Source: Azolla caroliniana (taxonomy: Eukaryota; Plantae; Polypodiophyta). Taken from it: a DNA stretch of 64,000 bases. The stretch spans positions 25,420,001 to 25,484,000 of the forward strand of contig JBHGNT010000004.1 in assembly GCA_043228905.1 (NCBI GenBank). Direction: 5' to 3'. A program made the translations under genes and the position numbers. The notes beneath the pieces are model-generated. The model was given only the letters and a program-made list of their open reading frames with translations. It was not told the DNA's origin and ran no database searches. This document shows, one piece after another, positions 13,801 to 28,630 of the stretch (its first letter is position 1; every line of letters starts with the position of its first letter).

Positions 13801-14953
13801 TGAACTCACGAGGGAACAAACTTCCTGCGAGCCCCCATTATGGCAAGGTGGGGAATGAAAAGGTTGTGAGTAGTGGTATCTATCGGTCGGTGATGATGTA
13901 TGTATCAATTTCGAGAGAAAAGAAGGAAAGATATAGTAACGTCTTGTAAGACCAAAATTGGGCCATGAGACAATTGGTTTACAACAAAAATGGGGTGTTT
14001 ATCCAATCAAACGATCTTCCTCTTGTTGTTAATGATAAATCCCTCGAGGAAAAGAGGAGCACATACATGTGGGCAAGGTCCCCCCATCCCACTTCTTCTA
14101 GTGAAAAGGAAGAACACATTGTGTATAGGAATAGGATTGGAGCTCAATTGGCAAGAGAAAGAACACATTGTGTACGTATAAGGATTGGAGCAAGTGGATT
14201 TTCTCTTTGCTTTTATTATTTTTTTCTTTCTTATGTTTTAAATTTTCCTTTTTTATTTGGTTGTCATTTTTTTTCAATTGACTGATTGAGTGGCAACGGT
14301 CCACAAACCCAAAAAAATAAAAACAAGAATTAAAAGACGAAGAAATAAAAACATAAATAAATAAAAAGAAATAGGTACACAGATATGTAAATTGTTGTTG
14401 TTTTGTTTTGGAAAGACCAAAAATAAAATTATTTATATGAATATAAGTAGAAACAAAATAACTGAAAAAGATGGAGATGTTTTTTTATTTTTTTCATTTA
14501 TGTTTTTTTCTATTCCTTCTGGATTACATAAAAAAGGTAAAATATAAAATGGGAAAAAACAATTTGGAAAAGAGAAAGAAAATTAAAAAAAGAAGGGAAA
14601 ACAGAGACCAGAAAGGGAAGGAAAAGATAAATATAAAATGGGGAAAAAAGAATTTGGAAAAAGAAAAACAGAGAGACCAGGAAATGAGAGAAGAAAAAAA
14701 AAACAAAAGAGAGAGGTAAAGAAAGAAAAGCAGAAAGCAAAAAAAGCAAAAGAGAAAAAAGAAAGGAGGAAAGCAAAGAAGAAGAGAAGAGAACAGAGGA
14801 GAAAGAAATCAATAAGAAAAAGAAGAAAGAAGAAAGAATATGTAATATGTAAGAAAAAAAAAGGAAAAATTAGAGAAAGCAAACAAAAAATCTGAGAGAG
14901 AGACAGGAAGCTTGCCTCTCTGGAAACAGAGCAATCAAAAAACAGAACAGAAA

Positions 14954-14995
14954 GAAGAAGAAGAAGAAGAAGAAGAAGAAGAAGAAGAAGAAGAA
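14954..14995 (+). repeat. (GAA)14 microsatellite upstream of the GT34 gene, preceded by a long A/G-rich low-complexity tract (~14300-14900)
   Basis: Direct reading of the sequence. Confidence 0.9.
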
Positions 14996-15151
14996 CAGGA
15001 ACAGTCTTTGTCTTTGTCTCTGCTCTGTCTCTCTAAATCACACACACATTCACAGACACACAAAGAAGGCTTTCCTGCTTCTTCCTTTCCTTCCTTGTTT
15101 TTTTTTTTTTTGGTTAGTTTTTTAAATTTTGTTTTGGCGATTTTGAGCGCA

Positions 15152-17180
15152 ATGGAGGAGATTCAGATGAATTTGATAGATCGATACCCTAATTCTAGAC
15201 AAGTTATGCTCTGTTTCTCTCTCATCTCTGCATTCCTGGGCCTCACCGTAACCCTAACATTATGGTCCACCTCCATCCTCTTCTCGGGTGCCAATGATCT
15301 CCTGGGTCGGAACTGCATCCCACTCACCAAACCATCATCACCATCATTGCGCTGTGCATTTGCAGGCAATACTTCCTCCACATCTACCACAAGTAGCGAT
15401 TCCCTGGCGACATGGCCGTGTGAAACATTTGCCATTGTTACATGCAGCGATGGCGGGACGCGCATCCCAGGCCGCTCCTTTGATGGCCTATTGGACCTTG
15501 TTGAGCCGAACAAGAGGGATTATGTCCATCGCCATGGCTATGAATACATCGATGCAAGTGATTTGGTGGACCCCTCTCGGCCCCCGAGTTGGAGCAAGAT
15601 CATTGCAGTCCGCAAACACCTCCCCAGTTTCGATTGGGTCTTCTGGAACGATGTGGTTAGTTCTCTTTCCTTTCCCTTTTTCTTTTTTCTTCAGATTAGG
15701 GCATCTCGAATGATGCAGTTATTCAGTAATTGTTGCCCCTCTTCTATTTTCAGTTTGAATTCTTGAGTTTTCCTTTTTTTTGTTTTGGTTTTACTCTGGC
15801 TTCTCATCAATCAAGTGTATGTTTTCTCTGTGGTTTATGCTGTCTGCTCTTTCATACTAGAGCTTTGTCTCAATGCTTCTTTTTATACCTGTTTTCCTGA
15901 GAATATGTATTTTTGTCTTCTGAAATGTAGAGCACGATTTATGTCACACAGATGTGTGTATGTATGTCTTGGATTCACGCGTATGGGCGTCCAATATAAT
16001 TTGTTGCAGTCTATTTGCTAGAATGATTGCAATCTCAAGCAAGTCCATTCAATAAAATTAGTTCATGTTGTAATGGTTTTTTCACGAAGAAGTGTCACTC
16101 AATATTGATTTTTTTCCATGTGTTTTTATTCTGCAAATGTTCTATGCAGGATTCTCTTGTGACGAATCCGGACGTTTCTTTGGTGAGTGCCGATTTTGTT
16201 CTAGCAACAGCTTTAGATTCTGTATAACAGGAAATGCGTAGATCGTGTTATTGATGAACTGCTGGCTCTTGTAGAGTGACATTGTACAATCTGTTGTGGG
16301 AAGTGAGGAGAACAATATGAATAAATCTCCAGATTTCATTGTGACTAGAGATATAACAGGAGTAAATGCCGGTAAGAAATCACTTGTTGTTTTATTCTTT
16401 TATGAATCATATGCCCAAGGTCCTGACTGGCTTAGTGTTTGTTTTGTTCGGATTGTATTGCAGGTATGTTTTTCTTTCGGAATTCAGAGTGGAGCCTTCG
16501 GTTTCTGGAGAAATGGTGGAACCAAACCTCATTTGTTCGACCCTTTGGTCAAATGAAGAGCGGAGATAATGATGCATTGAAGTACTTGATCCAAACGATG
16601 CCAGAAGACGAACTGAAACAACACGTGCGAATCACTGAGATGCAATGTGCCTTCAATTCATACCTATGGAGACCGTCGTTGAAGAATGGCCATCGCCTAA
16701 TGGTCTTGCCCCGAACTATATGGCAAGGTTAAACATTTTGGTCTTTGTTTTCAGTCCATTTTGTCATGGTTCTTTTAAAAGGTCACGAAAAATGTCGAAA
16801 ACGAACACTAACTTGTTGGATATCTAACAGGTAAGCTTTCTGAAAGTATTGGATAACCCCTCTGTAGTAGTAATACACAACTTCTCTGTTACATAAGGGT
16901 AGTTTAGTAAATTTTGAAAACTCTGGGGGTGTTTTGGTAAATGGCTTGCCAACAAATGAAGTTAGAGAGCTATATTTGATATTTCTGCCATAAGGAATGA
17001 AGTAACGAATATGTCTCATTGTGAAAGGAACGTTCTTGCCGTTTAGGTGTTTATGCTCGTGGTGACTTTATGGTGCATCTTGCTGGAGTGAATGATAAGA
17101 AAACATGGATAAGGAGAATCCTACAGGATCTTGATGGAGGTGATACGCTTCGAGAATCTTCTCTCATCGGAGACGGATAA
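15152..17180 (+). CDS. Glycosyltransferase family 34 (GMA12/MNN10-like), type II Golgi membrane protein; exons approx. 15152-15655, 16150-16182, 16275-16371, 16464-16727, 17047-17180
   Basis: An N-terminal TM helix is followed by NKRDYVHRHGY, RPPSWSKIIAVRKHL, DWVFWNDV|DSLVTN (DxD), DITGVNAG|MFFFRNSEWS, MQCAFNSY and GDFMVHLAG. Confidence 0.9.
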
Positions 17181-18779
17181 CTTATAAAAGGAGCAGCTGA
17201 GCTATTGGAATCTACTATTCATTTTCCGGAAGACACATTTAAAATTCTTTGATTCTTTTGATTCTTTTCCACGAGAGCGTGCACACCGCCGCGCTCATTC
17301 GTGAGATGATACTACCAAGTAAGTTTTTATCGATGGTAGTGGTAAACAAGAACAAACAATGTGCTCAAAAGGACGGATTATTCTTGATACTTAATCTTGC
17401 ATAGAAGCACACCATTCTAGAAGCACTTGTCGGAGGTGGTTCTTTTTATACTCTCTCTCTCGCCATATTGCGATTAATTCATTTTTAGGTATTGTTTATG
17501 AAGATATTCGCTTGTATCTTCTTCTCTGTAACCATTGTAAACGAGTGAGGAAGGGGGGTCCTCTTAGGTCCTCTTTCTCCATCTTTCTTTATCTCTCTTT
17601 GACACTAGCGTTTACTTCTATGTCGAGATTGTATCTTTCTTTTCTTTGTTCATTATTATTATTGAGAAAAGACACTTGTGTTGTACTACTGTATGTACAT
17701 CTGTGGTATGTCTCATGGATATTTTTGAAGTAAGGCAAGAAAAAACATGCAAGAAAGAAAGCAGGTTGTATTCTTTGCAATGATTCCCATTCACTTATAC
17801 AAATATATGAAGTAAAATTGTATGCAAAGTCTTAAAATGTGATAGGTGAAATCTGCAATGTTTCAAGTCCGTGATTTTCATTGCCTCACTCGACCAATGT
17901 TGATCAACTACATATGGAACCAGTTTCTCTATGTTTTTCTCCCTCATGATCACAATGTTCACTCTAATTGCATCCTCCGTTAGTAAAGTTCTTGAACATT
18001 GAGAGTTGCTACACAACTTCAGACATGTATTGGGAAAATATTTGACCTTAAGGACATGGTAAAAGCTCATTATCAATATTATATATTCATTCCATAAAGA
18101 TGATATTGCCATGCAATCATTGATTATACTTGATACCATTGACAGTACTATCTTGCTTTTTTTTGGCTTAGTTTGGTTGTAGACATGTGGAAGATTAAAA
18201 AACATGGGTTTTTTGACTTTTGACGTAAGCCCTTATATGTACATCAATTTCTTATTATGATGGCAACATTATATCTAAGGATGTTAGTTAAAATATAATG
18301 GCGGTTTCTTTTTACTTTTTGTTCGTAAATGGTAGGTTGTATTAGATGAAATTCTTAGAGAAGAGCTTGTCAACCTCTACAAACAAACCTCCAATTTTCT
18401 TTAAAGTAGGCACGATCGAAAATCGCGAATCTTTAATGACACATCCCCTTTAATGCATCTTTGTGCCATTGTGTGGGTGTTGGCCGAGGATTTTAGTTTC
18501 ATTCAAATCTTGTTTGCTTATTTGGGCAAATTGTTAGTTAGCAAAGGAGTAACCTATGGGAAGATATTCCATATAAAGAAAGATACATATCATTTTCCTA
18601 CATAAGCGTTTCTTTTAACTTTTGGGTTGACAAACATAATAAGGTTAAGTACTAATCATCAAGTCTTAATGTTGCTAAAATAGAGGAGTTGCATGATGGT
18701 TGTAGATTACATTTGGTAATTGGCCCACATTTCTCGATTTCATGATAAGAGAAGAACATACCTAAGGCCAAAAATAAAG

Positions 18780-19960
18780 ACTGTTTTTTTTTTCTTCCAA
18801 GAAAGATATTGCATTATCATTAAGAAACGTAGTAAGGATGTAGGTGAAGTATGTACATATGGGTAATGATCCCCATGCTAAGTTCTAACTGGTGGATTAA
18901 ATGAATATTTCAGTGTACAGTAGAACCATTCAACCTTGTCAAAAATCTGTTTATAAAATATTCCTTTGTCCAATATGGCATGAATCTCCAATGGTTGTAA
19001 CTATGCTTGTTGTAACTATTCCTTGTGCCAACAATAACGATCATGCACATCAAAAGTCATAAAAATTTCTTCTCCAATAGAGGCATTTACTCCAATCAAA
19101 ACATCCAATGGAGTAAATAAACATATCCTCATTTGTGTAGAAGGTCCAAATTGCATATGAATATTTGAAAGGCCAGCTTGTATTGCATAATACATTGTCT
19201 TTCTACTCCTTATGTTATTAAGCATTCACACTCTTTGATCTATGGATGTGGAAAAAAATGTTGTCCAAGCACCTATAGATTGTGGTGCCCCCTTATCTAA
19301 TTCTGCCCATACACATCGGGTACACCTTCCCAAATCAAAGGTTGTCCTCAAAATTTAGCTTTTGTTTTGGGGGATCTCTTAACTAAATCTAGAGAGACAT
19401 CTTTCCATGAATTAAGAATAGATCGAGCAAATTTGTCTTCCCATTTTGTGGAAATAGCCAATTTGTTGCCTTCCGTAAAACTCCATCGAAAATTGGGCTT
19501 CCAATCTTCACCCATTTTGGGACAAAACCTTTCCAATTTGTATAGCAACAACTGTTTCCATGGTTTTGGTTCTTGTATCAATCCCCTAATCGCCACTTTC
19601 ACAAGCAAAGCTTTTGGCTATTGTAATGGATCAACAATGCCTAATCCTCCATGATATTAATAATTGTGGACCAAGAAACCTTGGCCCTTGCATGACTTAC
19701 TTCATTACTAGTCCCCAAATAAATCCCGACCAGTCTTTGTAGTTGTCCCATACATTTTGTTTAACCTTGTCACTAGAAATGGTAATGGGATAATGTGATT
19801 GGTTGTTAAATTGATAAAATCTAAATGATTCTGAGGACATTAAGCATATCCATACAAATTCAGCCAATGGTAGGTTAGCCATGCATATGGGTCTTTGCTT
19901 CACCAGACATACAATGGAAGCCTTCCTTTCACTCACAAATTCTTGTTGCGTGCTTTGATC
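18780..19960 (-). mobile_element. Degenerate LINE ORF2 3' region
   Basis: Trp-rich fragments (QEPKPWKQLL...PNFRWSF...SILNSWKDV). It shares the segment aaaatctg..tataaaatattcctttg.cc.atatggcatgaa.ctccaat with 46730-46790. Confidence 0.6.
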
Positions 19961-20547
19961 AATATCAACAAGTAATTATGCTGGTACAAAGCATTATATA
20001 TTCACCATTTTTGGATCTATGTAAGGTTTGCCATGCTCATTTTCGATGAATTTGTCACAAGTAGCCCTCCCTCGTATGGATAACTTTACCCTAGCATAAT
20101 TTTTTTCTTTTTTCATCTCTATTAAGGGTGTACTTTAGTTGTAAGCTATGAATTTACAAATCCATGCATGTGTTTGAAACCTCATTATTTGAGCTATTTA
20201 CTAGATGCCATTGTGGAATGTTCAAAATGGTGAGGGTTGGGAATAATATGGCATTGCCAATATTTTCCAAACAACCTAATGCAAGTAATGGTCGGACGCA
20301 AAATGATCGTAGTATGGTTCTCTGCCGAACAACACAATCCCTCGGAAACACAGCGCACGACCACATGCTCGACGAGAGGTTTCTCGGTGTTGGTGTTCCA
20401 AGAACCCAAATGTGAACTGAATATTTGTCCGTTGTCACCGATCAGCCTAATGTGAGAGTAGCAGTAGTAGTAGTGGTAGTAGGCCCTGGACACATGCGAT
20501 GGAACAACCTCAACCATTGAGCTAAGGGCCCAAGGGGAAGAGGAACA

Positions 20548-20625
<78 letters not shown>

Positions 20626-20754
20626 CACACACACTTTGTGTATGTATACAGTATAAGTTATAAGTAAAGGGTGCAGCAAAAAATCTCTGTTTCCCTACTT
20701 TGCATGGTGTGTGTGTCTGTGTGTGTGTGTGGTCTTGCATAACAGAAGCCAGAG

Positions 20755-20791
<37 letters not shown>

Positions 20792-20850
20792 ATGTGACCC
20801 TGCCATATCTGATCACCACCCAACAACCCATAGTCATCATTTGCTTAGCC

Positions 20851-23800
20851 ATGATGATCTTGCCCACATCTCATCATCATCATCATCATCACCATCATCA
20901 TCACCTCCTCTCTGTTACCCCATCACTGATTTTCCCTAATCCTCTTCAAGGTAGGTCGGCTAACTTGGCATCACTACGATTCCGCAGACATTCTTCTTCT
21001 TCCTCTTCGTCACGATCGACGTTACCGCATTTCGGTGTTGTTGCGGACGCCAAAGCTCCTCGTCCTCGTCCTCCTCGTCCTGTCGTCATTCTTCCAGTAA
21101 GTCTCCAATTCTCATGGAAAAGAAAAATGCAGGCCGGAAATAACTTTTATAATTTTGTAAGGGTTTCTTTTTAAGCTTTTCGGTTGTTTTTTATGTTGAT
21201 TGATCGGAAAAAAAATAGGTATTCGTGTCAAATTGTTAGTCGTTTTTTGTAAGGATTCTGGAGATTTCTGGCAATTTTCTTATGATCATCAACAAACGCA
21301 GTGCAATATCTTAGCATCTGTTTATTTTGGTTTCTCTTTTTATGATCAAGGGTTTTCAAAATGTTTATTGAATTCTTACATAAACTAAGCAATTACAAAG
21401 CAATAATTGCGGATAAGATTCTTCTGGTACAGCCTTGATCCATGGACTGAGAAATATAGGGGTTATTTATTGCCGAATGACTAGGTAGTTCTCAAGGACA
21501 TTTCTAATTCTTGGCTATTTTATGACAAGTATTTTGAAAAGATTCATTGAATTTTACTTTTAAAATAAGAAATTACCCATAATATTCATAGAGAAAGCTG
21601 AAATATTGTGATAATTTGAAATATTAGATATTGAGCAAATCCATGAGGTTCTGTAATTTGTTTTTTGCGTCTTATTCAAATCTTGATTTCGAACATTGGA
21701 AATGCATTTCAGTATACACATGGTTCAACAAAGGAAATGGCTCAAGCTCTCCTTTTGTCGTAACTTTTGATATGCAAAGATGTTGGGAGGCTGATTTCCT
21801 TATGTGGTAACTTTTGTGAAGAGATATAGGAGATTGATTTTCTTATGTAGTAACTTTTGTGAGGACGTTTTGAAGAATTCTTTCTTTATGTGGTAAGTTT
21901 TGTGAAGCGATGTTGAGAATGATCTCCTTATGTGACAAGATGTTGAATATGTGTGAAGTTATTATTTTCGAGAGATCTGAAGAGTCTAAATTTGGCAAGC
22001 TTCTTGAAGATGTCTTATCGTGGAAGCGAATCTCTCTAAAAAGATATCGAGGCTCCTTCCCTTGTGTGTAATGGTGGGTTTTTGAATCTCTCAGATGCAC
22101 ATAAAGATAAATTTTTGGCCTCAAGCATGATAGATTGACGACTCATAATTTAAATATGAGAGAGTAGAGAGAAAGACTTTAATTTCCACATTAGATTTTC
22201 ACATTTAGAAGTAGAGATGTTGAACCTCTTCAATAGAAATGTTATAAGAATTCAATATTTTGAGAGGGTTGAATGTATTAAAATTTTTGGTAATCATTTG
22301 TTATTAATTAGTACTGGATTTTGTTTAGATTCTGCACATCTTTCTGAGTTAAGATCAAATGGACAAAATTTAATACGAAGAGAGATATTTGCAATTAGTA
22401 AGTGTATCCCAAGGGATCCATATCCATTTGTTTGTTTGCAGGGTCTTGGCAACAATCAAAATGATTATCAAGAACTGAAGTCTTCGCTTGAAGAGAGAGG
22501 ATTGAGGGCAACAATTTTAGAAGTGTCACGGCCGGACTGGCTGAGAAATGCCCTTGGCTTACTCGATAGAAATTATTGGGCTGGAAAACTCACGCCGAGG
22601 CCGATATTGGATTGGTATGTGAGAAGGATTGAACTATTTTCTGATACTTTTAACAACTGATTTCTCAGCAACGTACTAAGCGTATTTACCATCCTTAACA
22701 TAAGGATTTGATAATTGTTTCTATTAATTGTACTATGCTCTAATGATTTTAACAACTGATTGCTCAGTAACCCACTATGCTTGTATTTAATATTCTTATA
22801 GAAGGATTTGACAACTGTTTTTCAGCAATTTTACTATGCTCTAATGATTCTAACAAATGACTTCTCAGCAACCTATTATGCATGCATTTAACAGAAGGAT
22901 TTGCAACAGATTTTTTAGCAAATGTTAACTATGGTTTTAGTACATCCTAAGCACGAAATTTCCATTATTATCATTTGACAAACTGATTTCTAAACTTGAT
23001 GAAAGGTATTTTAAGAAGATGAGTAAAGCGATCACTGATGCCAAAGGGGCAGGTATAAGCATGAAAATCATCATACATCTGTTTGCTCATCCAATTTCTC
23101 ATGTATGTTGCAGATACTCAAGTTACATTCTCTCTCTCTCTCACAGGTGATATGAAAGTGTCATTGCTTGGGCATTCTGCAGGAGGTTGGCTGGCTAGAG
23201 TGTATATGTCTGAATATGGAATTGATGACATTGCAATGCTCTTATCTCTTGGAACCCCGCATCTGTAAGATCTCTAAATTTCTCTGTTTGACTTCCTTCT
23301 CTCTTTCCCATCTAGAGGGAGTATGTGCGTGCTTAATTCTATTACAACATTTTTTATGAAATGCAAAGCTTTCAAACATTTTCAGAGCATTGTGTACACA
23401 GGCCACCACCGAAGGGTGTTCCGGGTGTGATAGACCAAACCAGAGGATTGCTTGATTATGTAAATTCAGTCTGCCCTCACAGCTTCTTCCAACCAGAGGT
23501 CAAATATGTTTGTGTTGCAGGCAGGTACGTTGTTAAAAATTACAAAAGAACATAGATCATAGATCTTATGAGGAAATGTTAGATGTTTTATGCCAACTTA
23601 ATGTGTGTGTTTTTCTTTTATACGTATGTCATAGGTTCGTAAAAGGTGAACGTTTTTTCCCAGCTGAGGTTCCGATGGTTAACACAGCAGGAATAGGTCC
23701 TGTCGTTCCTGCTGATGATGAACAGAAAATGAATGGCATAACTCAAAGAAGAAACCTAGAGGGCAATGAAAAATTGGTAGAAAACGCTCCGACATTTCAA

Positions 23801-24119
23801 GCTCGCATTGTTGGACAAGGTTACAAACAGGTGTACACTCTGAATCACCCATTTTATGTTGAATCACATAATGTACATACACACACACATACATACATGA
23901 ATATATATAATTTTATTTTATTTATTTGTTTGCTAGGTATGTGGGCAAGCAGATGTGTGGGGAGACGGGGTGGTCCCTGAGGTATCTGCTCATTTGGATG
24001 GTGCAAATAATATTACTTTGGATGGTGTGTATCATTCACCAGTAGGAGCAAGATCTCCAGATAGGCCGTGGTATGGCTCGACAGGTATACTGGAGCAGTG
24101 GGTTCATCATCTTCACTGA
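20851..24119 (+). CDS. Alpha/beta-hydrolase (lipase/esterase, PGAP1-like) with a putative plastid transit peptide; exons approx. 20851-21096, 22442-22614, 23006-23052, 23147-23264, 23402-23524, 23635-23830, 23937-24119
   Basis: RPVVILP|GLGNN, the nucleophile elbow LLGHSAGGWLAR, LLSLGTPH, DQTRGLL, VWGDGVVP and GVYHSP (Ser-Asp-His triad). The N-terminus is Ser/His/Arg-rich. Confidence 0.9.
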
Positions 24120-24725
24120 GACTCTTTCAATATAGATGCACATGTCAATAAATATACTATTTGTTTCATTAGTTTTCTGAAGTTCACATCCCATGACAAG
24201 TATCATATACATTGCTTCTTCCAAATACATTCCCATTTTTCTCAACAATGAAAGTCAGTTAAATCACCCATTATTTTATGGCTCTTAAAATGAAGCCTCT
24301 TCTTAAGAAAATTGATCAAGTGCTTCTTGTAAGAAAACTTTACATGTGAATAGAGTAGTTCTACATGCCATTGAGATATTCATGGCAACCAGATGTTCAT
24401 GACCCAAGTTCACTATCTTATGCATCTTCCTTTTGTGGTTCGTGTAGATCACTTGGCTTTGGTTTATGCTTCTCCTCTTACATTGTAATCTCCTCTTCTT
24501 GTTTGGGGCTTTGGTTTGGAAAATTGGATGCATTATATTTGCTTCTGGACACATTTGATTAATTCTGAAGTGAATGAGGGTTAATTGCAATATTAATTTA
24601 TCGTGGTGTGAAAAGTCGGGAGGCTCACACATCATACAATTACACCACACATGACAACTGCAAAACTATATTCTCTAGCATGCTTGAACCCATTCTCTTG
24701 TTGACAATCGAAATCATGTCGCTTC

Positions 24726-24872
24726 CATTCAGCTTAGCATGTGTTGGGGACATTGACCAGGATTAAAAGTCATTATGCCCCGAGGAAGTCTGATTTGACA
24801 TTCAGCTTAGCGTGTGTTGGGGACATTGACCAGGATTAAAAGTCATTATGCCCCAAGGAAGTCTGAATTTGA
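24726..24872 (+). repeat. Two-copy ~73-bp tandem duplication
   Basis: cattcagcttagc[a/g]tgtgttggggacattgaccaggattaaaagtcattatgcccc[g/a]aggaagtctga occurs twice. Confidence 0.9.
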
Positions 24873-25067
24873 CTGTTTGTTTTTGTGATCATAATAGAGC
24901 TTGTCTCCACGTATTTCTAGTGATGCTCTAGCTAAACGTGGGCATTAGTTACAACAATAAAATTAAATCGCAAGCCAACTAATAGCCAACGGAACTCATG
25001 CTATTAGTTGTAGTTAATAAAATGTAATAGACGAACTCATGCTTTGAGGCTTGAGCTTAGACATGTT

Positions 25068-25460
25068 TAACAGTCGGCAATGGTTCGGTGTGAACAGTTA
25101 GAAATTGCGGTTTAAACGGTTTATTAAAAAAAATTTAAATTAATTTAAAAAAAAGAATTAGATTATTTTTTTAAAACAATCTTTTCATTTTCAAGCCTTA
25201 TTCTCACATTGTAGGAAAATCTTTAAAATTTTCAAAAATTAAAATTTAAAATAATGAAAAATTTAAAATTTTAAAATTAGACCTAAGTGTAAAACCGAAC
25301 CACGAAATCGTGGTTTTAATGATTTAATGGTTTAACAGTTTCAAATTTTTTAAACGGTTTAGTTTAATGGTTTTGTGGTTCAGTTCGGTTTAAGTTTCAA
25401 AATTTTTAAACGATTCGGTTTTGACACTCTCAAACCGAACCAAACCATTGCTGATTGTTA
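25068..25460. mobile_element. hAT-type MITE
   Basis: Imperfect TIRs TAACAGTCGGCAATGGTT / AACCATTGCTGATTGTTA, an 8-bp TSD GACATGTT (25060-25067 and 25461-25468), and multiple AACCG/CGGTT subterminal motifs. Confidence 0.85.
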
Positions 25461-25819
25461 GACATGTTTTCATTCATGTCTAAATCTCGAAGTCTTTGTG
25501 GTTGTTGTTCATGCCCATGTCTAGGTGATAATTTTGTTCTTCCCATTGAACAAAAAAATGGTATATATGTTCAATGATGGTAAGATCTCAATTATTGTAA
25601 TAATTTATATAACTATTGGTCATAAGACTTTCAACACTCAAAATCATGAAGGAAACATATGGCCTCGGGAACTTTCCATGAGCTATTCAATAGTTGTACT
25701 CAAATCTAGACTGTTTTACTTCATTAAGATAAATTATTGGCAAGCAACGAGTTGTCAAGAGTTTTACTCAAATCTACACTATTTAATTGTCACATAAATG
25801 ATTGGCAAGCAACAAGTAG

Positions 25820-28630
25820 AAGTCAGTGAATATTTGATAGGATAAAATCTAAAGATGTGAGATAAAGAATTTGGCACTAGAGTTTGTCCAAATTGAGTAT
25901 GGGTACAAGTTGAGGTATGCCCACGTCACAAGCTAACCTGGACAACCATATAGCTTCCTTGCATGCTTCACTAGCTGCAACACACTCTGCTTTTGTAGCG
26001 GACAGAGCAATACACTCTTGGAGACAAGATCTCCAAGATATGGCACATCCCATAAACTGAAAAATATACCCCAAAGTAGACTTTCTACTGTCAGAACAAC
26101 CATCATAGTCAAAGTTTGTATATCCAATAATGGATACATTTCCGCCACCTAAACATAAATACTTATTCTTGGTGCCACTCATATATCTCAATATCATTTT
26201 AATTGCCTCCCAATGTTTCTTACTAGGGTTTGACAAAAATATGCTCACAGCTCCCATTGCAAATGCAATGTTTGGCCTATTTCGCTATCATAGTGTACGT
26301 AAGACTACCACCACCACACTGGTAAGGAATTTTACTCATGAAGTTCTTTTCATTATTAGATTGGGGGCATTCATCTTTGCTCAATTTAACATACATAGAT
26401 AATGGAGTGCTCAAAGGCTTTGCACTCTCCATATTAAACCTCTTGTGTATTTTACATACATACTCAAATTGAGACAAATAAATATGTCCATTACTCCTAT
26501 CCCGAGTAATATACATTCCAAGGATGTGTTTAACATTTCCCAAATTTTTCATATCGAAGGTTTGACTTAGATTTTTCTTTAATTTGGACAGCTCATCCTT
26601 GTTTTTATTGGCGATGAGCATGCCATCTACATCGAGTATCAAAATTCACATATGAATCATCTATACATTTCTTCGTATATAAGCATGATTCTTCATTACT
26701 CCTAGCATAACTTTGGAACCTCATAATTTTTTATACCATTTTCGAGGTGATTACTTAAGACCATATAAACTTTTCTTAAGTTTACATACAAAAGGCATTT
26801 TCCCATAAACGTCAAAACCCTTTGGTTGCTCCATATAGATCTCTTCATCGAGATCTCCATGCAAAAAAGTAGTTTTTACATCCATTTGAAAATAAATCAA
26901 GATCATTTTTTGCAACCAATGCAAGGATCACGCGTAATGTAGTCATCTTGACTACTGGAGAGAAGATTTCATCAAAATTGGCTCCTTGTTCTCGTTTAAA
27001 ACCTTTTGCCACAATGCAAGCTTTATACTGAGGAAGAACACTCTCGTATGTGCATTTGTACTTACACACCCATTTTCATGGCAATGCTTTGGACCTACCT
27101 TTTCACAAAGGCACTAAATCCCAAGTTCCATTCTTATGGATACTATCCAACTCATTTTCCATTGCTTGTTTCCACTTAGCATGATCGTGGATAGATATAA
27201 CTTCATTGTAACATGAAGGCTCATCGACATTTGATAACATTACATAATCAACAAATTTACTGGGTGGTTTGGAGACACGCATGAATCTCCTCAATGATTC
27301 CTAAACTTGAATACCATCGTGTTGTGCATGGGAAACATCATTCTAAGCATCATCATTCTGAGTATATTCTTGCGAAAAATCATCATTGTGCACATTATTG
27401 TGCTGAGCATCATTATTTTGGGCATCATCATGCTGAACAATAATAGTTTTTCGTGGGTGAACACATGTAGAAGCATCTACATCAATGAGATTTTTCTGTT
27501 TTTACATCAACAGAAGGCACAATATCCTTGAACATAACCTTTCTCACTTCTACCTCCTTTACAGTCTGTTTATGCATTTTGTCCTCATAAAAAACATCGC
27601 TACTTTTGACCACAATACGTGTGTCAAGGTCCCATAAGTGATATCCAAAAGTGCCCATCAATTCCATAACCAAGGAATACACATTTTCTGCATTTATGGT
27701 CCAATTTCTTTCTTAGTTGTTTTGGAACATGTACATTTGTTTCACATCCAAAAATTCTAAGATGAGCATAATGAGGTGTCTTACCTGTCCACAACTCTTG
27801 TGGCACTTTTAGACCTATGGCTATGTTTGGTGATAGATTAATCAGACGATTTGCTGTTAAAACAACTTCTACCCAAAAACCTTGCGAGAGGTTTGCATGG
27901 TGTAGCATAGAGACAACTCTGTCCTAGATGGTTCTATTCATCCTCTCAGCCACACCATTTTGGACAAGGGTGTAAGGAGAGCTCTGTAAACTCTCTCCGA
28001 AAGCCTCTAGGCTTACAAAAGTTACCAAATTCGTGAGAGGTATACTCATCTCCATTGTCCAAACGTAAACCCTTGAGCTTTATGTCCTTTTCGTACTCAA
28101 CCGAAACAAGACATTTTCTGAAAGTCGGGTAGACATCATCCTTTCCCTTAATCGGATAAACCCAAACTTTCCTAGTGACATCATCGATGAAAGTAACAAA
28201 GTACAATGCACCACCCAATGATCTTGTGGGCATAGGTCCACAAACATCAATGTGGACAATATCCAATGGTTTGGAGAATGAGTTAACACTGGTCTTATGT
28301 GCACTTCTAGTTTGCTTACCATGTTGGCAATGTTCACATAAGGCAAATTTAGAGAATGACAACTTAGGTAAGTGGCCATAACGAGATAGAATTTCTTTCC
28401 ATGCCATTTCTTGACATGTGGCCTAAATGACCAATGTGCCAAATGCTCGTCATTGGCTGGATTGTGACAACCAATAGATGTTCTTTTTTATGAACAAGTA
28501 GAGGGTAGAGGGAACCAACTTTGTTCCCTTTTGAAACAATCATATTTCCTTTCATTATACAAAAAGATTGGGAAACAAATATCACCTTATATCCGTTTTC
28601 ATCGAGCTAACCGATGGACATTAGACTACG
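25820..28630 (-). mobile_element. Ty1/Copia (Tnt1-like) retrotransposon pol region, frameshifted; no LTRs seen
   Basis: Fragments lie in Copia order: GAG-pre-integrase (WHIGHLGHMS...CEHCQHGKQ), integrase (VHIDVCGP, YFVTFIDD, LRLDNGDEY), RT (NFDEIFSPVVKMTT, LDVDGMLI) and RNase H (DSRKSTLGY, ALSATKAE). Confidence 0.92.

Noticed and set aside
14471-14895. Lys/Arg-rich and Phe-rich ORFs
   Set aside because: These are artefacts of an A/G-rich low-complexity tract.
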